Positions 50,593-63,949 of a stretch of DNA of 64,000 bases are shown here, piece by piece; position 1 is the stretch's first letter, and each line of letters opens with the position of its first letter. The translations under genes and the position numbers were made by a program. Source of the DNA: Octopus bimaculoides (taxonomy: Eukaryota); NCBI RefSeq assembly GCF_001194135.2, contig NC_068984.1:30666308-30730307 (forward strand), read 5' to 3'. The notes below the pieces were generated by a model that did no database searches, was not told the origin of the DNA, and saw nothing but the letters and a program-made list of their open reading frames with translations.

Positions 50593-51629
50593 ATCTGTAT
50601 TCTGGTAGAAACAGGAATAATTGGCCATGGCAATTATCACAATGAAGAATTAAATAATCGTCGAAGATTGCAGCCACATTGTAGACCATTCTGATTTTTA
50701 TACTCATGTAAGGCCAAACATTAGTTATTAAATCCACCTGCAAAATCAAACCTATTAGAGAGCCTTTATATAGTCATTCAGCTTGCTACAAGTAACAGTC
50801 AAATCTCCCTCAAATCACAGCTTATATCTTAAATGAAGAAATACACTTCAGATAACGTAATCTTATGTATCCCCACAACAACGCCTGCAAAATATATGAC
50901 TGAATGAACTTAGAAGATAATTACTATGGATAGTCTAACTCTGCAATCACACAATTTAGTGATCTAAAATATGCTTGAATGCTCCTGAAAATAGATGTTT
51001 TCACATGAATGGAAATATATTGTGCAGTGAACCAGTAATTGAAACCCTATTTTAGTACAAATATTGAACAATGCTATTGTTCACAATTGCATGCAATAAA
51101 AAGAACAAGTATTAAAGGTGTGTTGAAGCATATATTCACTTAAATTAACTGTGTAAAAAACAACAACAACATCAGGTTATATCATTTATCAAATAAGATA
51201 AATTTAGGAAAAATACAATAAAAGAAGAAAATTACTGTTTGGTTATTATATTCTAAAGTACTCTACAAATATATTGTTTTGTCTTAAAATTTAAATTATA
51301 AATTCAAGTCATAAAGATTATTTTAAATAAATTTTCATGGGAAGTAACAAGTGCAAATCATTTTGATTCATGCTGTTTTTTTTCGTTTACTTTATTATGA
51401 CGGATTTTACTGTGTAGAAGACATAAATGAGGCAAGAGAAAATTAAATCTGATAAACAATTAAAATTTGAACCATTATGTTTGTGGGCTCTCTACTAACT
51501 TTTAGTACAATAGACAGCACTTAGAGCAATATACAAAGTTGGTGCAACATGTCTTTCATCTTGTTAAAATGTGTTTGCTGTACACTTGAAAATGTACAAT
51601 GTAGTACTAATAGCCACTAGTAGCTATAC

Positions 51630-51900
51630 TGGCACTCCGTCAGTTACAACAGCAAGGGTTCAAATTGATCTGATGAGCAGAACAGCTTGCTCGTTGCAAG
51701 TGGCTGAGCACTCCACAGACACACATACCCTTAACATAATTCTCTGAGAGATTCAGCATGACACAGAATGTAACAAGGCTGGTCCTTTGAAATACAGGTA
51801 CAAATCATTTTTGCCAGCTGAGTGGACTGAAGCAATGTGAAATAAAGTGACATAATGCATTGGTGGGAATTGAACTCACAACCTTACAATCATGAGCCAA
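51630..51900 (-). mobile_element. tRNA/CORE-like SINE sharing its tail with 527-903
   Basis: CORE-like CACTTTATTTCACATTGCTTCAGTCCACTCAGCTGGCAAAAATG joined to the shared tail at GAAATACAGGTACA. Confidence 0.7.
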
Positions 51901-52602
51901 AGAGGCTAGTAGCTTTATATTAGTAGAAAATGTACAATGCAATATTAGTAACCATCAGCAGCCATTTAGACATAGAGTTTTCATTTTTTTGCTTGCCAGA
52001 AGTATACAAGTTAAAGACTGATATTATGTTTATCAATTCATTTTGCAAGATTCTTGATATGAAATTGTGTGTTGAAACAGATACTGTTTTATTTCAGGAT
52101 GGTCATTTTACTTATTATTATTATATATTTTTTTTTTTGCCAAATAAACACACACTATATATATTTTTTCCCTTCACTCGTTTATTACTGTTATCTTATT
52201 ATTTTAACGTTTGTTCATTGTCTAGAAATCTTTTGTCACACATCTATGACCTCTTCAGTCACACTTTTCATTTCCATGTGTGTTCTTGCTCCACTTGCTC
52301 CATTCTCTGATATTACGTTTTGAAATAAAAGATTCTAATTTTCTGGGTCATCAAAATCTTCTTTAGTAATTAATTTTTTTTTTAAATATTGACATCAGCA
52401 TTGCATTTTGATTGATTTTTAACTATGCTTGTTATTAGTTGCCTTATTCATGAATGTATACATTAACTAAATTACAACAGGTATTGTCACTCTTTGCAAT
52501 GCCATTTTATTGAAAGAGAGCAGAAATTGAATGAAGTATAGCATCTCTTTATAGGTTATGGTCTTTTTCCTGTTGACAGAAGACTATCCAAGCACAGCTC
52601 AC

Positions 52603-52670
52603 CCATCTAATTGGTTCTACAGTTTTACAATCATTTGATGTCCTTGGTAGTGGGCTCAGCTGGTGGCTAG
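52603..52670 (-). CDS. Candidate exon (SHQLSPLPRTSNDCKTVEPIRW)
   Basis: Strong pyrimidine tract TTTCTGTCTTGTTGTTTAG, G/GTGAGC donor, single open frame, phase 1 to 0. Confidence 0.3.
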
Positions 52671-53089
52671 CTAAACAACAAGACAGAAATGTAACTGGCA
52701 ATAGAGGTGACTTTGATTAATTGCCAGTGATAAGTGGCAGAGAATATTTTAAGAAAAACATCAGATGACTTATTTTCAATAAGGATCAGTTGACTATTTC
52801 TGAGAATTGCACATCACATGATGGAAGATTAATCATTGTACTATTCAGCCAATGAATCCTTCAGTTTATCTCTCAAATCATGCATAGTAACAGACTTGTC
52901 CACAGAATACATTTAACAATACATTTCTAGGTCATTTATATCTATCAATTTCTTACTCACCTATCTTTGGTTGTCATCTATATGTTTTACATACAAGTAA
53001 TAATAATGATTTTTAACATAGACAGAGAAGTACAATATTTTGAATAAGGGTTTGTTACTCAAATTGTCACAAGTTCTTGACTTTTACTT

Positions 53090-53990
53090 CTTTTCAACCC
53101 TGAGAGGATAAACAGCAAAGTTTACTCCAGTGAGATTTGAACATAGGACATAAAGATGTGCAATAAAATATTGCAAAAAATTTTGTCTATCTTTCATGAT
53201 ACTGCTGTTTAGCATTCCATAAAACTTATAACTGCATCCGACAAAAGCAAAAGGCCAACATTTGGGAGAGAGGCAGTTATCCAATTAAACTAACACCAAT
53301 CTGTGACAAGTATTTAATTGTTTTATCTGTCCCTGGAAGAGTGAAAAGTAAAGTTGACCTCGGCATGACTTGATCTCAAAAAATAAAGATCCAGAACAAA
53401 TACTGCATGGTATTTGCCTGATGCTTCCCCATTGCTATCAGTTTACTGCTCTCTGTTTGGTTTCAAATTGTGACATAGGCTCAGCAGGAGAGCGAAGTGA
53501 ATTACATCGACCCCAATACTTAACTGGTACTTATTTTATCGACCTTAAAAAGATGAAAGACAAAGTTAACCTTGGTAGAATCTGAACTCAGAATGTAAAG
53601 GCAGAAGAAATTCCACAAAGCATTTTGTTTGGCATGCCAACAATTCTGCTAATAATTCTTACATTTGTATGAACCATGCTAGATTCATAGTGTAAAGGTA
53701 TACATCAATGATATCATTCTCTTTTTATTTATTTTATCAATCCTAGTGGTATTAACATAGCCATAAACTATGTCATTAAGACATTAGACTTATATTCAAA
53801 TAGATAAGTGTTCATACATCTCCATCCTCACTCATATTAAAAAGTGGTAGACTGACAGAATCATGCAAGCATCAGAGAAAATACTTTGCTGTATTTCTTC
53901 CCTTTTTTATTTATTTTCTGCTCAAATACAATGACGGTAAGCTTTGTCTTTCAAATTCCAGGCTCTATATAATAAGCACCAGTTAAGCAC
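53090..53990. mobile_element. Cluster of four degenerate copies of the 2801-3020 SINE family (three minus, one plus)
   Basis: Family motifs at about 53090-53190, 53295-53400, 53455-53650 and 53862-53990. Confidence 0.6.
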
Positions 53991-54727
53991 TGAGTGTTTC
54001 TACTTACATGTAATGGGTTAGGTTAGCAAGGCATAGTAGGATCCAACTCTCCATCAAAGTCACAGGTAAGTTGATACATTGTCTGTAGTACACTGTCATT
54101 ACTTCAATTTTAGGCATCTGGAACTCTCACTGAATATTTCACCAAAATAGCATGGACATACATACAATCACATCTTATCACCTAATTAACATACAAACTC
54201 TCTCTATCTCTCCCTCTCAAAAAGCAGATATTTTAAAAGTTATAAAACAGGAGGAAAAATATTAACACTATTGTGATTCTAACTCTATGAACATAAGAAC
54301 ATATCACAAGTTACTTTGTTTGGTCTCTTACCATTTTCACTTCTCAACTGCCTTAGACATTAATTTCTGAAAGTAAAACTTAGTAAACACATACATGCAG
54401 AGTACATACATACATAGAAACTTGCACATAAGCATACATATATATATATCTGCATGCACACATTTACAAATGTACATGCATACACACACATACATACAGA
54501 CATGATAGCCACCCACTCTTAACTAATGAAGACCATTGGTAACCTTTAGAAACATTGTGCGCTCTAAGACTAATTTATATTTTGCATTTGTGGCTTTGTT
54601 GGTGGCTAATGAGCTCTGCCCTTGATAAGCATACATGACTTCAAACATTGCTAACCTAGTTTTCCCCATTCACTACACTAGCAGTGTGCTTTCAAGCAGC
54701 ACTCTTAAATTCTTAATGCTGAGAGCC

Positions 54728-55072
54728 ATACTTAGGAAAATCACCAATTGTGATAAAGTCAATCTACTGGGGGATTTCAATGCCAGGGTTGGAACAGACT
54801 GGCAAACATGAAACTCTCTTGGACATTTTGGTGTAGGGAAAATGAATAGAAATGGTCTCATGCTTCTGGAGCTTTGTGATGAACATGGACCTTACATCAC
54901 AAACACTCATTTTAGGCAGAAAGGTGATCACACAACAACGTGGATGCATCCAAGGTCTAAAGTTTGGCAATTGCTGGATTATGTCATCATCCAAAAGCAT
55001 GACCTCTATGACATTTGTATTGTCAAGTCCTTTCATGGATCGGAATGCTGGGCACACCACAGTCTGGTGTAA
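54728..55072 (+). mobile_element. AP-endonuclease domain fragment of an RTE/BovB-like LINE
   Basis: LLGDFNARVG..HFGVGKMNRNGLMLLELC..ITNTHF..TTWMHPRSKVWQLLDYVI..CWAHHSLV; one in-frame stop. Confidence 0.9.
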
Positions 55073-55288
55073 GCAAAGTTTCAGAATACATACATACACA
55101 TGTGTATGCGTACACATGTTGATACATGCACATGCACACAGAAAACAAACACAGTTCTGATAATAGACAGAGTAAATGTCTATTGAAAAGGTTGGAAGAT
55201 GCAACGAAAATTTTAGTACAAATAAATAAGTTAATGAGTGCAAATTAGACCGGTGTGTATGTTAAATTAATAAAAGAGAATGACTCTC

Positions 55289-55372
55289 CTGGGACACAAG
55301 GAAATTTGTGGAAGAATTTTTGGAATGTCTCTCTGGGACACAAGGAAATTTGTGGAAGAATTTTTGGAATGT
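55289..55372. repeat. Perfect 40-bp tandem duplication (period 44)
   Basis: CTGGGACACAAGGAAATTTGTGGAAGAATTTTTGGAATGT occurs twice. Confidence 0.95.
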
Positions 55373-57837
55373 AAATACCAACAACCAGCTGTTGACATTC
55401 CCATTTCCTTATATCTATTTCAGCCATTAGATTCTATCTTGATTATATTGCCTCTGTCTGGTGTTTATTTTATCAACATGGGAATTGGACAAAAGCAAAT
55501 TTGAGCAGATATAAAAGGATATAACAGGGACAGGTCAAAATACTACTGATTCAACTCTTAATTTTGCTACTTATCACTAACACACATACACTTGACATGT
55601 AACTAGAAATTGTAATTAGAAATGGTAATTAAATCTCTCTCAGGTCACACTGCTAATGCCCTAAAAAATGGAAGAACACATTGGCAAATGTAGTAGAACC
55701 TGATACACAAAGAAGACAGGATGATTCCCATTGGGTTGTCTTTGATTATAGCCCTGTGCAATCTGAGTTTACTGGGGGCTAAACAACAACATCAGAATAT
55801 CTAAATACTTACTCAGTTTGCAAGAAATAGCAAACGTTTAGATAATTGTAACTTCAACTGTGTCACCCTTACCACTCTGGCAGTAGCTATACATGTCTTG
55901 TGTACCTCTTCTCCTTTCTGATATAATTGGGGTGAAGGGTATCATGTTTTTGACAAGACCTCTAATGGCACACAGAACTGAAACCATTTCATGGCATTAT
56001 TACTTTGTGTTGCAAAGAAAAATGTAATAGTTTGATAAAAGTAATTTCTAATGTCGTCGAATCAACTAAGAATATTACTGGTATTATGATTAAGCTTCAG
56101 CTATGAAATAAAGATAATTAATTTAAACTCAGAATAATGCAGCACTGAACTAAAGAAAGACCCTTGTCTTGCTTTCTTCATCATTTCCATCACTCTAAAA
56201 TTGAACTCTCACATCGCACCAAGTTGTATATTTATGAAGTAGAGTTGTAGCATACTGAAGTAAATCTTGTGTATTGTGTGATTTTTATTTTGAAATTGTG
56301 AACATTGAGGAATAGAACATAACTACTCTAGCATTGTTACTTCATCTCCTTTCAAGAATTTCTTGCTTAATCACAGATTTGTATATTTGGAGAGAATAGT
56401 ATTTGTTTACACTCATGCTTTTCCCAAAAGCATTGGCGTCAGATAAATTGAATTAACTTCCTGTAGCATTCAGAGCCCTATCATAGAAGTTGTTAACCAG
56501 GAGCTTATTTTAGTGCAATAACACCTATCACTGTATAATTGACAAATGTTATGTTAACTTGCAGTTCTAGGCTGAAATATTCTCTTGTGCCTGAGAGAAA
56601 GCAACAGGAAAACCTCTGCAGATATTCTCTATAGACACACGAATTGACTGCAGGGTTTTCATTGGAAGCACATAAGTTAAATATGGGTCATTAATTGTAT
56701 GTTGGTATGTTATTGTTTTCAAATCATATGAATACAAATTCTTAGCATAGCAGCATGCTGAAATATATATTGGGAATGATCCAGTCTGCTTCTACTAACT
56801 CAGTAACATTTCTTCATTTGTTTACTGTCTACTCAAAGAAATATAACTTGGAGCAAACCATCATCCTATTATACAAATACTAATTGTTATAGAATTAATA
56901 GTCACAAATTATTATTACACAAATGAAATTTCATTTGAATAACATTTAGTCTAGTGTTGTTTGTAAGTTCGTGATTTATCCTCGGAAGTTTCTCGAGGCA
57001 TATCTTAAGGGCTCACATCAATTTAAAATACTTCATACAAAAGACTGTTTCTATATCATTGTATCTGAATGCATGTGGTGTGTCAATGATTTTAATTTAC
57101 CCTATTGGCAGACTTTGTAAATTGTGGGAACATACTGATTTCTTGTTTTACATAGTTTTAGGTAAGAGACACATGAGATTGCAGCTATCACCTTAAAGTC
57201 ATGGTGATGGTGGTGATGATAATAATGATGATGATGCTGATCATGATGGGTATGATAATTATGATGATAATAATGAAGAGGATGTGATCAACTTTGTATT
57301 TTTTTGTTATGTTATTATATATTACCAAGTAGGAGGTAAAGACAATGAAATACTGTTAACACAATTTTTATGAAATAAACCACTGTAAAAAAACTATTCA
57401 GAATTGTTATTATTGTTGCTGTTGCTTGTAGTTATTCTCGTCATTCTGAGTTCAAATCCTGCAGTGGTAGCCCTTATGTTGATTCAAGGAAAGTAAGATC
57501 TGAAACAAGGATTCAGTGCTTTATGGTAGCATGATTTTAATGATTACAGAAAAGAACACACATGAGAATGGTTCAGTGAGCAACAAAATTATCCAACAAA
57601 TGTCTCCTGAGTTTATGAATTTGATTCCGTCATATATAACTTTAAGTAAATATCTTCTACCATTGCCTTGAGTTGACTGAAGCTTGTATTGGAAACAGAG
57701 AATATGAAAATTGTGAGGAAGCCCATCAGCAGTTTATTATTCCTGAGAAGTATACTTTAACTGTTGAAAACTTCAATTGCCTCATGTGACTTCATTCTCT
57801 TTGTTAGCATATGAATTAGTTTTTAGTCAGAATTATT

Positions 57838-57950
57838 TTTACCCTTAAATTATACCTGTTTTATGCTCAAACTAGATGTGGCCAGTTTGAACAAAAAACA
57901 GGTAGAATACCTGGACCAGATATAAACAGTTTAAATGCTCAAGGGTCAAG
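57838..57950. mobile_element. Small palindromic MITE-like relic related to 26236-26460
   Basis: ACCTGTTTTATGCTCAAAC..GTTTGAACAAAAAACAGGT internal inversion; ends TTACCCTT..AAGGGTCAA. Confidence 0.45.
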
Positions 57951-58649
57951 CCATTGAAATGAATTAAATAGGAAAACCATTCCTGAGGGTACATAGGTTC
58001 TAAGTAACAATTTCCATGCTGCCACATTTTTAAATAATGCTTTTTCAGAAATACATTTTTAAAATGTTGATACTATCATTCAGCAAAATCATGGATTTCT
58101 TTTTTTGCTAACCATACAGATACGTTTTTATGGAGAATGGCAATGTAATCATTTTCTACTCCCATCATCCTTTCATACTTTTCATTACACATGTCAATAC
58201 AATGACACAACATCCAAACCTTCCCTCTCATTTCCTATCCCTCCCACCACCACACTCACATGAACATAAATTTGTGGAAATCATTGTTCTAATATAAAAT
58301 GAATTTGCTCAGCCACTACACAATTCTTCACTGTAAACCAATTAGAAATATCTTTAAGTATACCATAATCAAAACCTTTTTGAAGCATTTGATTGATTAA
58401 AATCATTTCTAGAGACTACTGGTCACCAAAATATGTTCAGATATTGCAGAAAGCACAGTATTCTTGTCTTGTAATTTGCTTCAATTCATTAAAATAAAAA
58501 ATATTTTACATCACCTTCCATATGAAAATCCTATCCAGTTGGAAGAAATTTTTATCAACAGAAGAATTAACTAGTTTCTATTATTTGCTACTAGAATTAC
58601 TGAAGATTTGAACATCAGCTCATTTGAACATAGGCGTGATATAGTTTTG

Positions 58650-58689
<40 letters not shown>

Positions 58690-60571
58690 CACACAGATGT
58701 TCAATAATGTCAAGTTCTCTTTTAAAAATATTATCCACAGATAATTTTGATAAATGGTTGAACTATAGTTTAATAACAGCATGCATAAGAGTGCTTTTTT
58801 TTTTAAACATGGAACAGTGTATTGTTTTATGTTGAACAATTCTTCACAAAATATCATACAGAAACTCTATAGTATCATACAAGAACTGTGTTTTATTGAA
58901 TGCCTGTAATGTTTCAGCTACTTTGACAGAACTATTCATCATGCGACAAGGACAATATTAGTGGCCATTTAATCTTCATGTAATTTTTATTCATCCTCGT
59001 CACATATCAACGAGTGCTTACTTCCAAAAGTATCAGTTCATTGCTATTGTATGAATAATATTTTTCTGTCTGATCTCATTCAATCCAGTTACACAAGTAA
59101 TTTTAAACATATTTTCTCGTCTGTTTATTCAAGTATTAAGTAAATATTCTTTGTGACATATGTTCAAGTTAATTTTCATCACAAATTCTTATCTTGGTTT
59201 TACTGAAAAAAAGAAGGGGGAACAAGTCACTTACTATAATGTGAATTCATTAAAATATGAATGGATTGACAACAGAACATAGTGGGTATATATTTTCTAA
59301 TCCTACAAAGTGAATGACAAAAGCCCAACTAGGTAAATTTTGTACTCGCAATTTAAAGGAGCAAAGTGGAATACTATGAAACAGTCAGTCAGTCAGTGCG
59401 ACCCGCTGCTACCTTACAACAACCAATACAATCGTTTTTCTGATACTTTTCATATGAAACAATATGAAGCAAGAACATTTGAACATTGAAAAGGATCTTA
59501 GTTTTAAAAAAAATACAATATTCACTTTCTTTAATCCCATCAACGAAGTTTTTCATTTTGTAAAACAGTGGAACACTGGGAAACCACTATGGTTTGCATC
59601 AATAAATGAGAATGTAAAAAATTTCAAACCATGGGGTATATTTTGTTTTGAATAAGAAGTTTAGCATTTGTACATGTTTCTCATTAGTGTTCATAATGCT
59701 TGATAGTTAAAAATACTTATGTGGTGAGGAAATAGCATTAGCTGAATGCCTGACATTATTTCTTTTTAAATCACTATATATCATGTGACCAATTTGTCAC
59801 AATAACAATTGGATAACAATTCACCTGTGGTATTACCAATTTAAATGTTTACATCAGTTTCCCCAAGGAAAATTATCAAGTTACAAATTCTGCATTACTT
59901 TTACACAGACAATGTACTTGTCGTACTGAAGTTTACAGAAAGGCGAGAGACATTAATGAATTTATATATACCTTGGAGCTACTATGTACAAAATTACATA
60001 CTTTAATTAAATTTCTATTGTCCACTGTTGTCAATTATGAACAGTTTGTGAATAATGGTAAGTTGACAATGTGTGTAACCAAAACAGGTGTCTTTTACAT
60101 TGGTTTTCTCCTTTAGACACCGATTCCAAGGAATGTATTTGGTTAAAAAAAAATTTTTTTTTGAAGATATTAATTTATATTGTGTTTTCTTTCCTGATTT
60201 TAATTTTTTGCTGTTTCTGTTATTAAAAAATTGTATATTAAAAAATAGCAATTTGTAAGCACTTTAAATATATGTGATGAGAAAATGGTTAAATGGAGAT
60301 ATGAAAGAATGAGATATCTGCAAAAGAGACAAAGAGGAGTGAAGTACTTGCAATGAATGTTCTCTGAGATATAAAAACATTTTATTTGCAATTAAATTCT
60401 ATGAAATATATTTGAGACAAGAATGATTTGGAAGAGAATAAATAATACAGCACCGGCCAAGCGATTTCTTTACACTGAAATTTGGTATATTAGCAGAAAC
60501 CCACTGCCAGATATTTTTCAATGCATACACATTTACATACATACATGCATGCATTCATGCACACACACGTG

Positions 60572-60637
<66 letters not shown>

Positions 60638-61029
60638 AATGATCTCATCTTCTGTGTGTGTCAGACAGCAGTCTCTATTGTGTCTTTAAATGACTTACCA
60701 AAGATTGACGCTTATAAAATAATGAAATAAGAAAGAAAAAACAGAAATAATTAAAAAGTTTTCAACATTTAACAAACTTGAAACAAATAAAGAAATAACT
60801 TTAAAATTTTTAATAAATGGTAAAGATTTATTAAAACAAATCTCATATTATGAAATTGAAATTGAAATGTAAAATAGCATTGGCTGAAGTGAAAAATTTT
60901 AGTGGTCGATACAATTGCTCTTCTGACACAAACAATGGTTGTAGTTAAACACCTGTGTCTTACAACCATGGCTTAGGTGCTTAACTAAGCTGTGGACATA
61001 ATGACACAGGACAGTAGTTCTAATAGCAA

Positions 61030-61068
61030 AACTCAGCTCAGCTCAGTTCAGCTCATCTCACCTCAGTT
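61030..61068. repeat. (CTCAG)n pentanucleotide tract
   Basis: About 8 imperfect units. Confidence 0.85.
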
Positions 61069-61439
61069 CAAAGTTAGTTATATTGAAATAATTAAGATAT
61101 AAGAGTGATGACACAAACTATTGGTTGTAATGAACACCACATCAATGTTTTAATGATAAAGATGACAATTGACTGTAATGAGACAGAACATCATCATCAT
61201 CAGTGTCATAATAATAGGTAATGAAATTATGGTATATAGTGTTCAGGTGCACTACAACTCATCAAAGGTGCATGTACAGTACATAGAATTATGTACAAAA
61301 GTCAGGAAAGTGAACAGTGTGAGAGTCATGATATACATGCGTCCATGCATATGGAGGTGGGGATATCAGGTGTAGTGTTGGTAAATTTCAGGAAACATGG
61401 AGATTTTAAAGGATGCAATGTCTCGGCAACTCATCAAAT

Positions 61440-61865
61440 AATCATCATCATCATTTAATGTCCACTCTCCATGCTGGTATGGGTTAGACAGTTTGACTGT
61501 GGCTGATGACTCAGAGAGCTGCACCAGGTTTCAGTCCGATTTGGCATGGTTTCTACAACTGGAAACCCTTCCAAGCACCAACCACTTCAGAAGTGTAACG
61601 AGTGCTTTTACATGTCACCAACAGGGGTGGAATTTGCATGACACCTACAATGACCATGACTGATTCACAGGTACCATTTACATGGCACCAGCAACAACGC
61701 TGACTCATGGGTGCCATTTACATGGCACCACCAACGACCATGATTCCTGGGTGCCCCTTAAATGGCTCCCGAGAATCATGGTGCCACAACTATAATGTAT
61801 GGGTGCCGTTTATATGGCATCAGTGGTGACCACAGCTATGATTCACAGGAGCCATTTATACGGCT
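61440..61865 (-). mobile_element. Old RTE-type tail with ~40-bp tandem units
   Basis: Tail motif followed by repeats of GATTCACAGGTACCATTTACATGGCACCA-like units. Confidence 0.7.
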
Positions 61866-61879
61866 GTGAACAGGAACCG

Positions 61880-62620
61880 TGATATGACTAGTTATGTTCA
61901 ACAATGCCGTCACCTCCTAACAGTCAAGGCCAAAGCAATCAGAGCTGAGAGATTCCCAAAACTTCTGTCATTCATCAAACATCAAGGTGCAGGAAAAACT
62001 CTCATGTTTGTCGATGAAGTTCACTGTGGACGCTGATACGAATCGCAGAAATTCTTGGGTGATTGCCTACAACTCTTCTGACGTCACCCTCCCCCGTATG
62101 TTTTTGAAACTAAGGATCTTGCTTCTGTGATGGTATTTGGAGGCATGAAAAGTGATAGAAGTGTCATGGATCCATACTTCCATACTTCATTAAGTATAGC
62201 TTGAAGATCAGCACAAAGGAGTATCTGGACATCCGGAAGGGCTCTGTTAACTTGGATGGAGCAGAGGTCTGGGTTTGACAATTTGGTGCTTATCCAGGAT
62301 TCTGCACTATGTCATAGGTGAAAAGCAACACAGGCCTTCCTTGGTGAGAAGGTGTCATTTTTTGCAAGAATCAACATCTGGCCCAGTAATAGCCCAGATC
62401 TCAACCTTCTCGATTACTTTTTATGGGCATACTTCAAGCAAGGACCAATTCTTCATTACACTCAAGTGTCAACACTTTGAAGACCTGCTTCGTGCATGTG
62501 ACAAGCAAAGTCAAAAGGGCAGAGGTTGCGTCAGCTGTAAAAAAATTTCGTTCTCATGTGGAGGCAGTATTTGCCCAAAAGGGCGGCCATATTGGGTGAT
62601 AAATGTTTTTGTTGTAATAA
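61880..62620 (+). mobile_element. Decayed maT (DD37D) transposase, catalytic region
   Basis: QDSALCH..WPSNSPDLNLLDY with exactly 37 codons between Asp 62298 and Asp 62412. Ends FRSHVEAVFAQKGGHIG*. Confidence 0.85.
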
Positions 62621-62708
62621 ATGTTACATTGAAATTATATCAACCTCATCCCCACATATATATATATATGTGTATACACGTATGTATGTATATATACATA
62701 CATACATA

Positions 62709-63560
62709 TACGAGGGGTTAGCCAAAGGTAACCTGAAACATTTTCTGTGTGACAAGCTCATTGTAGTTCAGGCTTCCACCACTAGAAGCCACTTGATGCA
62801 ACCCTCAGACATCAGTCTACCAACTGGCGTCGTTGAATAAAGTAATGCTGCCACGTGGTGCTTCTTTGATTTGCAGTGCTCCTCCGCTGTTCGTCGACTT
62901 TTGCGATGGTTGAAAAGAAGGAACAGCGTACTTCCGTGAATTTCTGTTTTCTGCTGGGGAACACGGTGGCCAAAATAGCTGTCATGCTTCAAACAGCTTA
63001 CAAGGACACTGTGCCATGAGCAAAACACAAGTTTACGACTGGTTTTCATGCTTTAGGAATGATCACTTGTCACCTGAAAACCAATCCCGTTCAGGGCGAC
63101 CGGCAATTTGCTGAATGAATGGAAACATCACGAAAATTCATGAACTGATCTTAGAGGACCGTCACTGAACAATTAACAAACTTATTGATATGACTGGTGT
63201 ACTCTGGAGCTGCTGCCAACGAATGTTGAGCGAGAAATTGCGAATGAAGAGTTGCAGCAAAATTTGAATGTAAGGCAGTTTTTGTCAAAAATAGCATGAC
63301 CTTGTTTGCCCACCTTCCCTATTCGCCCAATCTTGCTCCATGCCACTTTTTCCTGATCCCGCGAATGAAAAAGTCCTTAAAGAAAAATGTTTTGCAGACG
63401 TGGAAGAACTGAAGTAAAAACAATGGTGACATTAAAAGGCATCATTTCACAAGGGTTCCAGGACTGTTTCGAACAGTAGAAAACGCATCTGGACCGATGC
63501 ATTGCTTCAAATGGAGAATATTTTGAAGGCGATGAAAGTGTAAACATGTAAAAACTTACT
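62709..63560 (+). mobile_element. Internally deleted mariner transposon
   Basis: Terminus TA-CGAGGGGTTAGCC; MVEKKEQR..MSKTQVYDWF..RSGRP. It jumps near 63266 to HLPYSPNLAPC..LDRCIASNGEYFEGD, so most of the DDD domain is missing. Confidence 0.85.
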
Positions 63561-63860
63561 CATGATCGTTGTACAGCTTAATGACTTCAGATTAGATAAA
63601 CAGGGCATACTGCAATATGTTATCCGAAATTTTCTTGATCAGAAGTGTAGTGGAATAAAACTAAACTCAGGTATTTTTGCAATATTCATGAGAAAATTAA
63701 TGAATACTTAAAAGGGCATGGACTTCTTTCTATATGTGAACAGAACCTTTTTTTTTATCAACATTTTTGTAATGTACATCTTTGGAAACATATAACTACA
63801 TTTGTCAGAAAAAGCCATACATTAGCATGCATTTGAAATGAAAATAAAGTTTCAAGGTAT

Positions 63861-63949
63861 ACATTGAAAAAATACCGAATACAGGAATGCATTGAAAAAA
63901 TACCGAATACAGGAATACATTGAAAAAATACCGAATACAGGAATACATT
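63861..63949. repeat. 28-bp minisatellite, 3.2 copies
   Basis: ACATTGAAAAAATACCGAATACAGGAAT three times with one mismatch. Confidence 0.95.

Noticed and set aside
42168-52725. Other plus-strand exon-like stretches (near 18371, 41516, 42168 and 52580)
   Set aside because: They end in stops or lack consistent donors and form no coherent chain.
55289-55372. 40-bp perfect duplication as a regulatory element
   Set aside because: Only two copies and no other supporting feature; simple slippage or an assembly effect explains it.
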